The translations under genes and the position numbers were made by a program. The notes below the pieces were generated by a model. That model saw only the letters and a list, made by a program, of their open reading frames with translations. It was not told the origin of the DNA and searched no databases. Below are positions 19,901 through 34,900 of a DNA stretch of 64,000 bases, piece by piece (the stretch's first letter is position 1; each line of letters starts with the position of its first letter). This DNA comes from Eledone cirrhosa. Its lineage: Eukaryota. The DNA lies in the NCBI GenBank assembly GCA_964016885.1, contig OZ024740.1, forward strand, positions 313,038,001 through 313,102,000, in the 5' to 3' direction.

Positions 19901-22900
19901 TACATGGACTCTGACACAAACACTTGAGTCAGGGTTGTTGTATGGATCAGGTACATGGACCCTGACAGAAGCACTTGAGTCTGTGTTGTTGTATCAATCA
20001 AGTACATGGACTCTGACACAAGCACTTGAGTCAGGGTTGTTGTATCGATCAAGTACATGGACCCTGACACAAGCACTTGAGTCAGGGTTGTTGTATCGAT
20101 CAAGTACATGGACCCTGACACAAGCACTTGAGTCAGGGTTGTTGTATCGATCAAGTACATGGACCCTGACACAAGCACTTGAGTCAGGGTTGTTGTATCA
20201 ATCAAGTACATGGACCCTGACACAAGCACTTGAGTCAGGGTTGTTGTATCAATCAAGTCCATGGATTCTGACACAAGCACTTGAGTCAGGATTGTTGTAT
20301 CGATCAAATACATGGACTCTGACACAAGCACTTGAGTCAGTGTTGTTGTATCTATCAAATACATGGACTCTGACACAAGCACTTGAGTCAGTGTTGTTGT
20401 ATGGATCAGGTACATGGACCCTGACACAAGCACTTGAGTCAGTGTTGTTGTATGGATCAGGTACATGGAGCCTGACACAAGCACTTGAGTCAGGATCGTT
20501 GTATCGATCAAATACATGGACTCTGACACAAGCACTTGAGTCAGTGTTGTTGTATCAATCAAGTACATGGACTCTGACACAAGCACTTGAGTAAGTGTTG
20601 TTGTATCAATCAAGTACATGGACTCTGACACAAGCACTTGAGTCAGGGTTGTTGTATGGATCAAGTACATGGACCCTGACACAAGCACTTGAGTCAGGGT
20701 TGTTGTATCAATCAAGTACATGGACCCTGACACAAGCACTTGAGTCAGGGTTGTTGTATCAATCAAGTCCATGGATTCTGACACAAGCACTTGAGTCAGG
20801 ATTGTTGTATCAATCAAGTACATGGACTCTGACACAAGCACTTGAGTCAGGGTTGTTGTATGGATCAGGTACATGGACTCTGACACAAGCACTTGAGTGA
20901 GGGTTGTTGTATGGATCAGGTACATGGACCCTGACACAAGCACTTGAGTCAGGGTTGTTGTATCGATAAAATACATGGACTCTGACACAAGCACTTGAGT
21001 CAGGGTTGTTGTATCAATCAAGTACATGGACCCTGACACAAGCACTTGAGTCAGGGTTGTTGTATCAATCAAGTACATGGACCCTGACACAAGCACTTGA
21101 GTCAGGGTTGTTGTATCAATCAAGTACATGGACTCTGATACAAGCACTTGAGTCAGGGTTGTTGTATGGATCAGGTACATGGACTCTGACACAAGCACTT
21201 GAGTCAGTGTTATTGTTTGGATCAGGTACATGGACTCTGACACAAGCACTTGAGTCAGTGTTGTTGTATCTATCAAGTACATGGACTCTGACACAAGCAC
21301 TTGAGTCAGGGTTGTTGTATCAATCAAGTACATGGACCCTAACACAAGCACTTGAGTCAGGGTTGTTGTATCAATCAAGTACATGGACCCTGACACAAGC
21401 ACTTGAGTCAGGGTTGTTGTATCAATCAAGTACATGGAGTCTGATACAAGCACTTGAGTCAGGGTTGTTGTATCAATCAAGTACATGGAGTCTGATACAA
21501 GCACTTGAGTCAGGGTTGTTGTATCAATCAAGTACATGGAGTCTGATACAAGCACTTGAGTCAGGGTTGTTGTATCAATCAAGTACATGGACCCTGACAC
21601 AAGCACTTGAGTCAGTGTTGTTGTATGGATCAGGTACATGGACCCTGACACAAGCACTTGAGTCAGGGTTGTTGTATCGATCAAATACATGGACTCTGAC
21701 ACAAGCACTTGAGTCAGTGTTGTTGTATGGATCAGGTACATGGACCCTGACACAAGCACTTGAGTCAGGGTTGTTGTATCAATCAAGTACATGGACTCTG
21801 ATACAAGCACTTGAGTCAGGGTTGTTGTATGGATCAGGTACATGGACCCTGACACAAGCACTTGAGTCAGGATCGTTGTATCGATCAAATACATGGACTC
21901 TGACACAAGCACTTGAGTCAGTGTTGTTGTATCAATCAAGTCCATGGACTCTGACACAAGCACTTGAGTCAGTGTTGTTGTATCAATCAAGTACATGGAC
22001 TCTGACACAAGCACTTGAGTCAGGGTTGTTGTATCAATCAAGTACATGGACCCTGACACAAGCACTTGAGTCAGGGTTGTTGTATCAATCAAGTACATGG
22101 ATTCTGACACAAGCACTTGAGTCAGGATTGTTGTATCAATCAAGTACATGGACTCTGACACAAGCACTTGAGTCAGGGTTGTTGTATGGATCAGGTACAT
22201 GGACCCTGACACTAGCACTTGAGTCAGGATTGTTGTATCGATCAAATACATGGACCCTGACACAAGCACTTGAGTCAGGGTTGTTGTATCAATCAAGTAC
22301 ATGGACCCTGACACAAGCACTTGAGTCAGGGTTGTTGTATCAATAAAGTACATGGACTCTGACACAAGCACTTGAGTCAGGGTTGTTGTATCAATCAAGT
22401 ACATGGAACCTGACACAAGCACTTGAGTCAGGGTTGTTGTATCAATCAAGTACATGGACCCTGACACAAACACTTGAGTCAGTGTTGTTGTATGGATCAG
22501 GTACATGGACTCTGACACAAGCACTTGAGTGAGGGTTGTTGTATGGATCAGGTACATGGACCCTGACACAAGCACTTGAGTCAGGGTTGTTGTATCAATC
22601 AAATACATGGACTCTGACACAAGCACTTGAGTCAGGGTTGTTGTATCAATCAAGTACATGGACCCTGACACAAGCACTTGAGTCAGGGTTGTTGTATCAA
22701 TCATGTACATGGACCCTGACACAAGCACTTGAGTCAGGGTTGTTGTATCAATCAAGTACATGGACTCTGATACAAGCACTTGAGTCAGGGTTGTTGTATG
22801 GATCAGGTACATGGACTCTGACACAAGCACTTGAGTCAGTGTTATTGTATGGATCAGGTACATGGACTCTGACACAAGCACTTGAGTCAGTGTTGTTGTA

Positions 22901-25900
22901 TCTATCAAGTACATGGACTCTGACACAAGCACTTGAGTCAGGGTTGTTGTATCAATCAAGTACATGGACCCTGACACAAGCACTTGAGTCAGGGTTGTTG
23001 TATCAATCAAGTACATGGACCCTGACACAAGCACTTGAGTCAGGGTTTGCTTGTGTCAGGGTTGTTGTATCAATCAAGTACATGGACTCTGACACAAGCA
23101 CTTGAGTCAGGGTTGTTGTATCAATCAAGTACATGGAGTCTGATAAAAGCACTTGAGTCAGGGTTGTTGTATCAATCAAGTACATGGAGTCTGATACAAG
23201 CACTTGAGTCAGGGTTGTTGTATCAATCAAGTACATGGAGTCTAATACAAGCACTTGAGTCAGGGTTGTTGTATCAATCAAGTACATGGACTCTGACACA
23301 AGCACATGAGTCAGGGTTGTTGTATGGATCAGGTACATGGACCCTGACACAAGCACTTGAGTCAGTGTTGTTGTATGGATCAGGTACATGGACTCTGACA
23401 CAAGCACTTGAGTCAGGGTTGTTGTATGGATCAAGTACATGGACCCTGACACAAGCACTTGAGTCAGGGTTGTTGTATCAATCAAGTACATGGACTCTGA
23501 CACAAGCACTTGAGTCAGGATTGTTGTATCGATCAAATACATGGACCCTGACACAAGCACTTGAGTCAGGGTTGTTGTATCAATCAAGTACATGGACCCT
23601 GACACAAGCACTTGCGTCAGTGTTGTTGTATCAATCAAGTACATGGACCCTGACACAAGCACTTGAGTCAGTGTTGTTGTATCAATCAGGTACATGGACC
23701 CTGACACAAGCACTTGAGTCAGGGTTGTTGTATCAATCAAGTACATGGAACCTGACACAAGCACTTGAGTCAGGGTTGTTGTATCAATCAAGTACATGGA
23801 CCCTGACACAAGCACTTGAGTCAGGGTTGTTGTATCAATCAAGTACATGGACTCTGATACAAGCACTTGAGTCAGGGTTGTTGTATGGATCAGGTACATG
23901 GACTCTGACACAAGCACTTGAGTCAGAGTTATTGTATGGATCAGGTACATGGACTCTGACACAAGCACTTGAGTCAGGGTTGTTGTATCAATCAAGTACA
24001 TGGACTCTGACACAAGCACTTGAGTCAGGGTTGTTGTATCAATCAAGTACATGGACTCTGACACAAGCACGTGAGTCAGGGTTGTTGTATCAATCAAGTA
24101 CATGGACTCTGATACAAGCACTTGAGTCAGGGTTGTTGTATCAATCAAGTACATGGACTCTGATACAAGCACTTGAGTCAGGGTTGTTGTATGGATCAGG
24201 TACATGGACTCTGACATAAGCACTTGAGTCAGTGTTATTGTATGTATCAGGTACATGGACCCTGACACAAGCACTTGAGTCAGGGTTGTTGTATCAATCA
24301 AGTACATGGACCCTGACACAAGCACTTGAGTCAGGGTTGTTGTATCAATCAAGTACATGGACTCTGATACAAGCACTTGAGTCAGGGTTGTTGTATCGAT
24401 CAAGTACATGGACCCTGACACAAGCACTTGAGTCAGGGTTGTTGTATCGATCAAATACATGGACTCTGACACAAGCACTTGAGTCAGTGTTGTTGTATGG
24501 ATCAGGTACATGGACCCTGACACAAGCACTTGAGTCAGGGTTGTTGTATCAATCAAGTACATGGACTCTGATACAAGCACTTGAGTCAGGGTTGTTGTAT
24601 GGATCAGGTACATGGACTCTGACACAAGCACTTGAGTCAGTGTTATTGTATGGATCAGGTACATGGACTCTGACACAAGCACTTGAGTCAGGGTTGTTGT
24701 ATCAATCAAGTACATGGACTCTGACACAAGCACTTGAGTCAGGGTTGTTGTATCAATCAAGTACATGGACTCTGACACAAGCACTTGAGTCAGGGTTGTT
24801 GTATCAATCAAGTACATGGACTCTGATACAAGCACTTGAGTCAGGGTTGTTGTATGGATCAGGTACATGGACTCTGACACAAGCACTTGAGTCAGTGTTA
24901 TTGTATGGATCAGGTACATGGACTCTGACACAAACACTTGAGTCAGGGTTGTTGTATGGATCAGGTACATGGACCCTGACACAAGCACTTGAGTCTGTGT
25001 TGTTGTATCAATCAAGTACATGGACTCTGACACAAGCACTTGAGTCAGGGTTGTTGTATCGATCAAGTACATGGACCCTGACACAAGCACTTGAGTCAGG
25101 GTTGTTGTATCGATCAAGTACATGGACCCTGACACAAGCACTTGAGTCAGGGTTGTTGTATCGATCAAGTACATTGACCCTGACACAAGCACTTGAGTCA
25201 GTGTTGTTGTATGGATCAGGTACATGGACTCTGACAGAAGCACTTGAGTCAGGATTGTTGTATCGATCAAATACATGGACTCTGACACAAGCACTTGAGT
25301 CAGTGTTGTTGTATCTATCAAATACATGGACTCTGACACAAGCACTTGAGTCAGGGTTGTTGTATGGATCAGGTACATGGACCCTGACAAAAGCACTTGA
25401 GTCAGTGTTGTTGTATGGATCAGGTACATGGACCCTGACACAAGCACTTGAGTCAGGATCGTTGTATCGATCAAATACATGGACTCTGACACAAGCACTT
25501 GAGTCAGTGTTGTTGTATCAATCAAGTACATGGACTCTGACACAAGTACTTGAGTCAGTGTTGTTGTATCAATCAAGTACATGGATTCTGACACAAGCAC
25601 TTGAGTCAGGGTTGTTGTATGGATCAAGTACATGGACCCTGACACAAGCACTTGAGTCAGGGTTGTTGTATCAATAAAGTACATGGACCCTGACACAAGC
25701 ACTTGAGTCAGGGTTGTTGTATCAATCAAGTCCATGGATTCTGACACAAGCACTTGAGTCAGGATTGTTGTATCAATCAAGTACATGGACTCTGACACAG
25801 GCACTTGAGTCAGGGTTGTTGTATGGATCAGGTACATGGACTCTGACACAAGCACTTGAGTGAGGGTTGTTGTATGGATCAGGTACATGGACCCTGACAC

Positions 25901-28900
25901 AAGCACTTGAGTCAGGGTTGTTGTATCGATCAAATACATGGACTCTGACACAAGCACTTGAGTCAGGGTTGTTGTATCAATCAAGTACATGGACCCTGAC
26001 ACAAGCACTTGAGTCAGGGTTGTTGTATCAATCAAGTACATGGACCCTGACACAAGCACTTGAGTCAGTGTTGTTGTATCAATCAAGTACATGGACTCTG
26101 ACACAAGCACTTGAGTCAGGGTTGTTGTATCAATCAAGAACATGGAACCTGACACAAGCACTTGAGTCAGGGTTGTTGTATCAATCAAATACATGGACCC
26201 TGACACAAACACTTGAGTCAGTGTTGTTGTATGGATCAGGTACATGGACTCTGACACAAGCACTTGAGTGAGGGTTGTTGTATGGATCAGGTACATGGAC
26301 CCTGACACAAGCACTTGAGTCAGGGTTGTTGTATCGATCAAATACATGGACTCTGACACAAGCACTTGAGTCAGGGTTGTTGTATCAATCAAGTACATGG
26401 ACTCTGATACAAGCACTTGAGTCAGGGTTGTTGTATGGATCAGGTACATGGACTCTGACACAAGCACTTGAGTCAGTGTTATTGTATGGATCAAGTACAT
26501 GGACTCTGACACAAGCACTTGAGTCAGGGTTGTTGTATCAATCAAGTACATGGACTCTGACACAAGCACTTGAGTCAGGGTTGTTGTATCAATCAAGTAC
26601 ATGGACTCTGACACAAGCACTTGAGTCAGGGTTGTTGTATCAATCAAGTACATGGACTCTGATACAAGCACTTGAGTCAGGGTTGTTGTATGGATCAGGT
26701 ACATGGACTCTGACACAAGCACTTGAGTCAGTGTTATTGTATGGATCAGGTACATGGACTCTGACACAAACACTTGAGTCAGGGTTGTTGTATGGATCAG
26801 GTACATGGACCCTGACACAAGCACTTGAGTCTGTGTTGTTGTATCAATCAAGTACATGGACTCTGACACAAGCACTTGAGTGAGGGTTGTTGTATCGATC
26901 AAGTACATGGACCCTGACACAAGCACTTGAGTCAGGGTTGTTGTATCGATCAAGTACATGGACCCTGACACAAGCACTTGAGTCAGGGTTGTTGTATCGA
27001 TCAAGTACATGGACCCTGACACAAGCACTTGAGTCAGTGTTGTTGTATGGATCAGGTACATGGACTCTGACACAAGCACTTTAATCAGGATTGTTGTATC
27101 GATCAAATACATGGACTCTGACACAAGCACTTGAGTCAGTGTTGTTGTATCTATCAAATATATGGACTCTGACACAAGCACTTGAGTCAGTGTTGTTGTA
27201 TGGATCAGGTACATGGACCCTGACACAAGCACTTGAGTCAGTGTTGTTGTATGGATCAGGTACATGGACCCTGACACAAGCACTTGAGTCAGGATCGTTG
27301 TATCGATCAAATACATGGACTCTGACACAAGCACTTGAGTCAGTGTTGTTGTATCAATCAAATACATGGAACCTGACACAAGCACTTGAGTCAGTGTTGT
27401 TGTATCAATCAAGTACATGGACCCTGACACAAGCACTTGAGTCAGTGTTGTTGTATGGATCAAGTACATGGACCCTGACACAAGCACTTGAGTCAGTGTT
27501 GTTGTATCAATCAGGTACATGGACCCTGACACAAGCACTTGAGTCAGGGTTGTTGTATCAATCAAGTACATGGAACCTGACACAAGCACTTGAGTCAGGG
27601 TTGTTGTATCAATCAAGTACATGGACCCTGACACAAGCACTTGAGTCAGGGTTGTTGTATCAATCAAGTACATGGACTCTGATACAAGCACTTGAGTCAG
27701 GGTTGTTGTATGGATCAGGTACATGGACTCTGACACAAGCACTTGAGTCAGAGTTATTGTATGGATCAGGTACATGGACTCTGACACAAGCACTTGAGTC
27801 AGGGTTGTTGTATCAATCAAGTACATGGACTCTGACACAAGCACTTGAGTCAGGGTTGTTGTATCAATCAAGTACATGGACTCTGACACAAGCACGTGAG
27901 TCAGGGTTGTTGTATCAATCAAGTACATGGACTCTGATACAAGCACTTGAGTCAGGGTTGTTGTATCAATCAAGTACATGGACTCTGATACAAGCACTTG
28001 AGTCAGGGTTGTTGTATGGATCAGGTACATGGACTCTGACACAAGCACTTGAGTCAGTGTTATTGTATGGATCAGGTACATGGACCCTGACACAAGCACT
28101 TGAGTCAGGATTGTTGTATCGATCAAATACATGGACCCTGACACAAGCACTTGAGTCAGGGTTGTTGTATCAATCAAGTACATGGACCCTGACACAAGCA
28201 CTTGAGTCAGTGTTGTTGTATGGATCAGGTACATGGACCCTGACACAAGCACTTGAGTCAGGGTTGTTGTATCGATCAAATACATGGACTCTGACACAAG
28301 CACTTGAGTCAGTGTTGTTGTATGGATCAGGTACATGGACCCTGACACAAGCACTTGAGTCAGGGTTGTTGTATCAATCAAGTACATGGACTCTGATACA
28401 AGCACTTGAGTCAGGGTTGTTGTATGGATCAGGTACATGGACTCTGACACAAGCACTTGAGTCAGTGTTATTGTATGGATCAGGTACATGGACTCTGACA
28501 CAAGCACTTGAGTCAGTGCTGTTGTATCAATCAAGTACATGGACTCTGACACAAGCACTTGAGTCAGGGTTGTTGTATCAATCAAGTACATGGACTCTGA
28601 CACAAGCACTTGAGTCAGGGTTGTTGTATCAATCAAGTACATGGACTCTGATACAAGCACTTGAGTCAGGGTTGTTGTATGGATCAGGTACATGGACTCT
28701 GACACAAGCACTTGAGTCAGTGTTATTGTATGGATCAGGTACATGGACTCTGACACAAACACTTGAGTCAGGGTTGTTGTATGGATCAGGTACATGGACC
28801 CTGACACAAGCACTTGAGTCTGTGTTGTTGTATCAATCAAGTACATGGACTCTGACACAAGCACTTGAGTCAGGGTTGTTGTATCGATCAAGTACATGGA

Positions 28901-31900
28901 CCCTGACACAAGCACTTGAGTCAGGGTTGTTGTATCGATCAAATACATGGACTCTGACACAAGCACTTGAGTCAGGGTTGTTGTATGGATCAGGTACATG
29001 GACCCTGACACAAGCACTTGAGTCAGTGTTGTTGTATGGATCAGGTACATGGACCCTGACACAAGCACTTGAGTCAGGATCGTTGTATCGATCAAATACA
29101 TGGACTCTGACACAAGCACTTGAGTCAGTGTTGTTGTATCAATCAAGTACATGGACTCTGACACAAGTACTTGAGTCAGTGTTGTTGTATCAATCAAGTA
29201 CATGGATTCTGACACAAGCACTTGAGTCAGGGTTGTTGTATGGATCAAGTACATGGACCCTGACACAAGCACTTGAGTCAGGGTTGTTGTATCAATCAAG
29301 TACATGGACCCTGACACAAGCACTTGAGTCAGGGTTGTTGTATCAATCAAGTCCATGGATTCTGACACAAGCACTTGAGTCAGGATTGTTGTATCAATCA
29401 AGTACATGGACTCTGACACAGGCACTTGAGTCAGGGTTGTTGTATGGATCAGGTACATGGACCCTGACACAAGCACTTGAGTCAGGATTGTTGTATCGAT
29501 CAAATACATGGATCCTGACACAAGCACTTGAGTCAGGATTGTTGTATCAATCAAGTACATGGACCCTGACACAAGCACTTGAGTCAGGGTTGTTGTATCA
29601 ATCAAGTACATGGACCCTGACACAAGCACTTGAGTCAGTGTTGTTGTATCAATCAAGTACATGGACTCTGACACAAGCACTTGAGTCAGGGTTGTTGTAT
29701 CAATCAAGTACATGGAACCTGACACAAGCACTTGAGTCAGGGTTGTTGTATCAATCAAATACATGGACCCTGACACAAACACTTGAGTCAGTGTTGTTGT
29801 ATGGATCAGGTACATGGACTCTGACACAAGCACTTGAGTGAGGGTTGTTGTATGGATCAGGTACATGGACCCTGACACAAGCACTTGAGTCAGGGTTGTT
29901 GTATCGATCAAATACATGGACTCTGACACAAGCACTTGAGTCAGTGTTGTTGTATGGATCAGGTACATGGACCCTGACACAAGCACTTGAGTCAGGGTTG
30001 TTGTATCGATCAAATACATGGACTCTGACACAAGCACTTGAGTCAGTGTTGTTGTATGGATCAGGTACATGGACCCTGACACAAGCACTTGAGTCAGGGT
30101 TGTTGTATCAATCAAGTACATGGACTCTGATACAAGCACTTGAGTCAGGGTTGTTGTATGGATCAGGTACATGGACTCTGACACAAGCACTTGAGTCAGT
30201 GTTATTGTATGGATCAGGTACATGGACTCTGACACAAGCACTTGAGTCAGGGTTGTTGTATCAATCAAGTACATGGACTCTGACACAAGCACCTGAGTCA
30301 GGGTTGTTGTATCAATCAAGTACATGTACTCTGACACAAGCACTTGAGTCAGGGTTGTTGTATCAATCAAGTACATGGACTCTGATACAAGCACTTGAGT
30401 CAGGGTTGTTGTATGGATCAGGTACATGGACTCTGACACAAGCACTTGAGTCAGTGTTATTGTATGGATCAGGTACATGGACTCTGACACAAACACTTGA
30501 GTCAGGGTTGTTGTATGGATCAGGTACATGGACCCTGACACAAGCACTTGAGTCAGGGTTGTTGTATCGATCAAGTACATGGACCCTGACACAAGCACTT
30601 GAGTCAGGGTTGTTGTATCGATCAAGTACATGGACCCTGACACAAGCACTTGAGTCAGGGTTGTTGTATCGATCAAGTACATGGACCCTGACACAAGCAC
30701 TTGAGTCAGTGTTGTTGTATGGATCAGGTACATGGACTCTGACACAAGCACTTTAGTCAGGATTGTTGTATCGATCAAATACATGGACTCTGACACAAGC
30801 ACTTGAGTCAGTGTTGTTGTATCTATCAAATATATGGACTCTGACACAAGCACTTGAGTCAGTGTTGTTGTATGGATCAGGTACATGGACCCTGACACAA
30901 GCACTTGAGTCAGTGTTGTTGTATGGATCAGGTACATGGACCCTGACACAAGCACTTGAGTCAGGATCGTTGTATCGATCAAATACATGGACTCTGACAC
31001 AAACACTTGAGTCAGTGTTGTTGTATCAATCAAGTACATGGAACCTGACACAAGCACTTGAGTCAGTGTTGTTGTATCAATCAAGTACATGGACTCTGAC
31101 ACAAGCACTTGAGTCAGGGTTGTTGTATGGATCAAGTACATGGACCCTGACACAAGCACTTGAGTCAGGGTTGTTGTATCAATCAAGTACATGGACCCTG
31201 ACACAAGCACTTGAGTCAGGGTTGTTGTATCAATCAAGTCCATGGATTCTGACACAAGCACTTGAGTCAGGATTGTTGTATGGATCAGGTACATGGACCC
31301 TGACACAAGCACTTGAGTCAGGATTGTTGTATCGATCAAATACATGGACCCTGACACAAGCACTTGAGTCAGGATTGTTGTATCAATCAAGTACATGGAC
31401 CCTGACACAAGCACTTGAGTCAGGGTTGTTGTATCAATCAAGTACATGGACCCTGACACAAGCACTTGAGTCAGGGTTGTTGTATCAATCAAGTACATGG
31501 ACTCTGACACAAGCACTTGAGTCAGGGTTGTTGTATCAATCAAGTACATGGAACCTGACACAAGCACTTGAGTCAGGGTTGTTGTATCAATCAAGTACAT
31601 GGACCCTGACACAAACACTTGAGTCAGTGTTGTTGTATGGATCAGGTACATGGACTCTGACACAAGCACTTGAGTGAGGGTTGTTGTATGGATCAGGTAC
31701 ATGGACCCTGACACAAGCACTTGAGTCAGGGTTGTTGTATCGATCAAATACATGGACTCTGACACAAGCACTTGAGTCAGGGTTGTTGTATCAATCAAGT
31801 ACATGGACCCTGACACAAGCACTTGAGTCAGGGTTGTTGTATCAATCAAGTACATGGACTCTGACACAAGCACTTGAGTCAGGGTTGTTGTATCAATCAA

Positions 31901-34900
31901 GTACATGGACTCTGATACAAGCACTTGAGTCAGGGTTGTTGTATGGATCAGGTACATGGACTCTGACACAAGCACTTGAGTCAGTGTTATTGTATGGATC
32001 AGGTACATGGACTCTGACACAAACACTTGAGTCAGGGTTGTTGTATGGATCAGGTACATGGACCCTGACACAAGCACTTGAGTCTGTGTTGTTGTATCAA
32101 TCAAGTACATGGACTCTGACACAAGCACTTGAGTCAGGGTTGTTGTATCGATCAAGTACATGGACCCTGACACAAGCACTTGAGTCAGGGTTGTTGTATC
32201 GATCAAGTACATGGACCCTGACATAAGCACTTGAGTCAGGGTTGTTGTATCGATCAAGTACATGGACCCTGACACAAGCACTTGAGTCAGTGTTGTTGTA
32301 TGGATCAGGTACATGGACTCTGACACAAGCACTTTAGTCAGGATTGTTGTATCGATCAAATACATGGACTCTGACACAAGCACTTGAGTCAGTGTTGTTG
32401 TATCTATCAAATATATGGACTCTGACACAAGCACTTGAGTCAGTGTTGTTGTATGGATCAGGTACATGGACCCTGACACAAGCACTTGAGTCAGTGTTGT
32501 TGTATGGATCAGGTACATGGACCCTGACACAAGCACTTGAGTCAGGATCGTTGTATCGATCAAATACATGGACTCTGACACAAGCACTTGAGTCAGTGTT
32601 GTTGTATCAATCAAGTACATGGAACCTGACACAAGCACTTGAGTCAGTGTTGTTGTATCAATCAAGTACATGGACTCTGACACAAGCACTTGAGTCAGGG
32701 TTGTTGTATGGATCAAGTACATGGACCCTGACACAAGCACTTGAGTCAGGGTTGTTGTATCAATCAAGTACATGGACCCTGACACAAGCACTTGAGTCAG
32801 GGTTGTTGTATCAATCAAGTCCATGGATTCTGACACAAGCACTTGAGTCAGGATTGTTGTATGGATCAGGTACATGGACCCTGACACAAGCACTTGAGTC
32901 AGGATTGTTGTATCGATCAAATACATGGACCCTGACACAAGCACTTGAGTCAGGATTGTTGTATCAATCAAGTACATGGACCCTGACACAAGCACTTGAG
33001 TCAGGGTTGTTGTATCAATCAAGTACATGGACCCTGACACAAGCACTTGAGTCAGGGTTGTTGTATCAATCAAGTACATGGACTCTGACACAAGCACTTG
33101 AGTCAGGGTTGTTGTATCAATCAAGTACATGGAACCTGACACAAGCACTTGAGTCAGGGTTGTTGTATCAATCAAGTACATGGACCCTGACACAAACACT
33201 TGAGTCAGTGTTGTTGTATGGATCAGGTACATGGACTCTGACACAAGCACTTGAGTGAGGGTTGTTGTATGGATCAGGTACATGGACCCTGACACAAGCA
33301 CTTGAGTCAGGGTTGTTGTATCGATCAAATACATGGACTCTGACACAAGCACTTGAGTCAGGGTTGTTGTATCAATCAAGTACATGGACCCTGACACAAG
33401 CACTTGAGTCAGGGTTGTTGTATCAATCAAGTACATGGACTCTGACACAAGCACTTGAGTCAGGGTTGTTGTATCAATCAAGTACATGGACTCTGATACA
33501 AGCACTTGAGTCAGGGTTGTTGTATGGATCAGGTACATGGACTCTGACACAAGCACTTGAGTCAGTGTTATTGTATGGATCAGGTACATGGACTCTGACA
33601 CAAGCACTTGAGTCAGTGTTGTTGTATCTATCAAGTACATGGACTCTGACACAAGCACTTGAGTCAGGGTTGTTGTATCAATCAAGTACATGGACCCTGA
33701 CACAAGCACTTGAGTCAGGGTTGTTGTATCAATCGAGTACATGGACCCTGACACAAGCACTTGAGTCAGGGTTGTTGTATCAATCAAGTACATGGACCCT
33801 GACACAAGCACTTGAGTCAGGGTTTGCTTGTGTCAGGGTTGTTGTATCAATCAAGTACATGGACTCTGACACAAGCACTTGAGTCAGGGTTGTTGTATGG
33901 ATCAGGTACATGGACCCTGACACAAGCACTTGAGTCTGTGTTGTTGTATCAATCAAGTACATGGACTCTGACACAAGCACTTGAGTCAGGGTTGTTGTAT
34001 CGATCAAGTACATGGACCCTGACACAAGCACTTGAGTCAGGGTTGTTGTATCGATCAAGTACATGGACCCTGACACAAGCACTTGAGTCAGGGTTGTTGT
34101 ATCGATCAAGTACATGGACCCTGACACAAGCACTTGAGTCAGTGTTGTTGTATGGATCAGGTACATGGACTCTGACACAAGCACTTTAGTCATGATTGTT
34201 GTATCGATCAAATACATGGACTCTGACACAAGCACTTGAGTCAGTGTTGTTGTATCTATCAAATATATGGACTCTGACACAAGCACTTGAGTCAGTGTTG
34301 TTGTATGGATCAGGTACATGGACCCTGACACAAGCACTTGAGTCAGGATCGTTGTATCGATCAAATACATGGACTCTGACACAAGCACTTGAGTTAGTGT
34401 TGTTGTATCAATCAAGTACATGGAACCTGACACAAGCACTTGAGTCAGTGTTGTTGTATCAATCAAGTACATGGACTCTGACACAAGCACTTGAGTCAGG
34501 GTTGTTGTATGGATCAAGTACATGGACCCTGACACAAGCACTTGAGTCAGGGTTGTTGTATCAATCAAGTACATGGACCCTGACACAAGCACTTGAGTCA
34601 GGGTTGTTGTATCAATCAAGTCCATGGATTCTGACACAAGCACTTGAGTCAGAATTGTTGTATGGATCAGGTACATGGACCCTGACACAAGCACTTGAGT
34701 CAGGATTGTTGTATCGATCAAATACATGGACCTGACACAAGCACTTGAGTCAGGATTGTTGTATCAATCAAGTCCATGGATTCTGACACAAGCACTTGAG
34801 TCAGGATTGTTGTATGGATCAGGTACGTGGACCCTGACACAAGCACTTGAGTCAGGATTGTTGTATCGATCAAATACATGGACCCTGACACAAGCACTTG

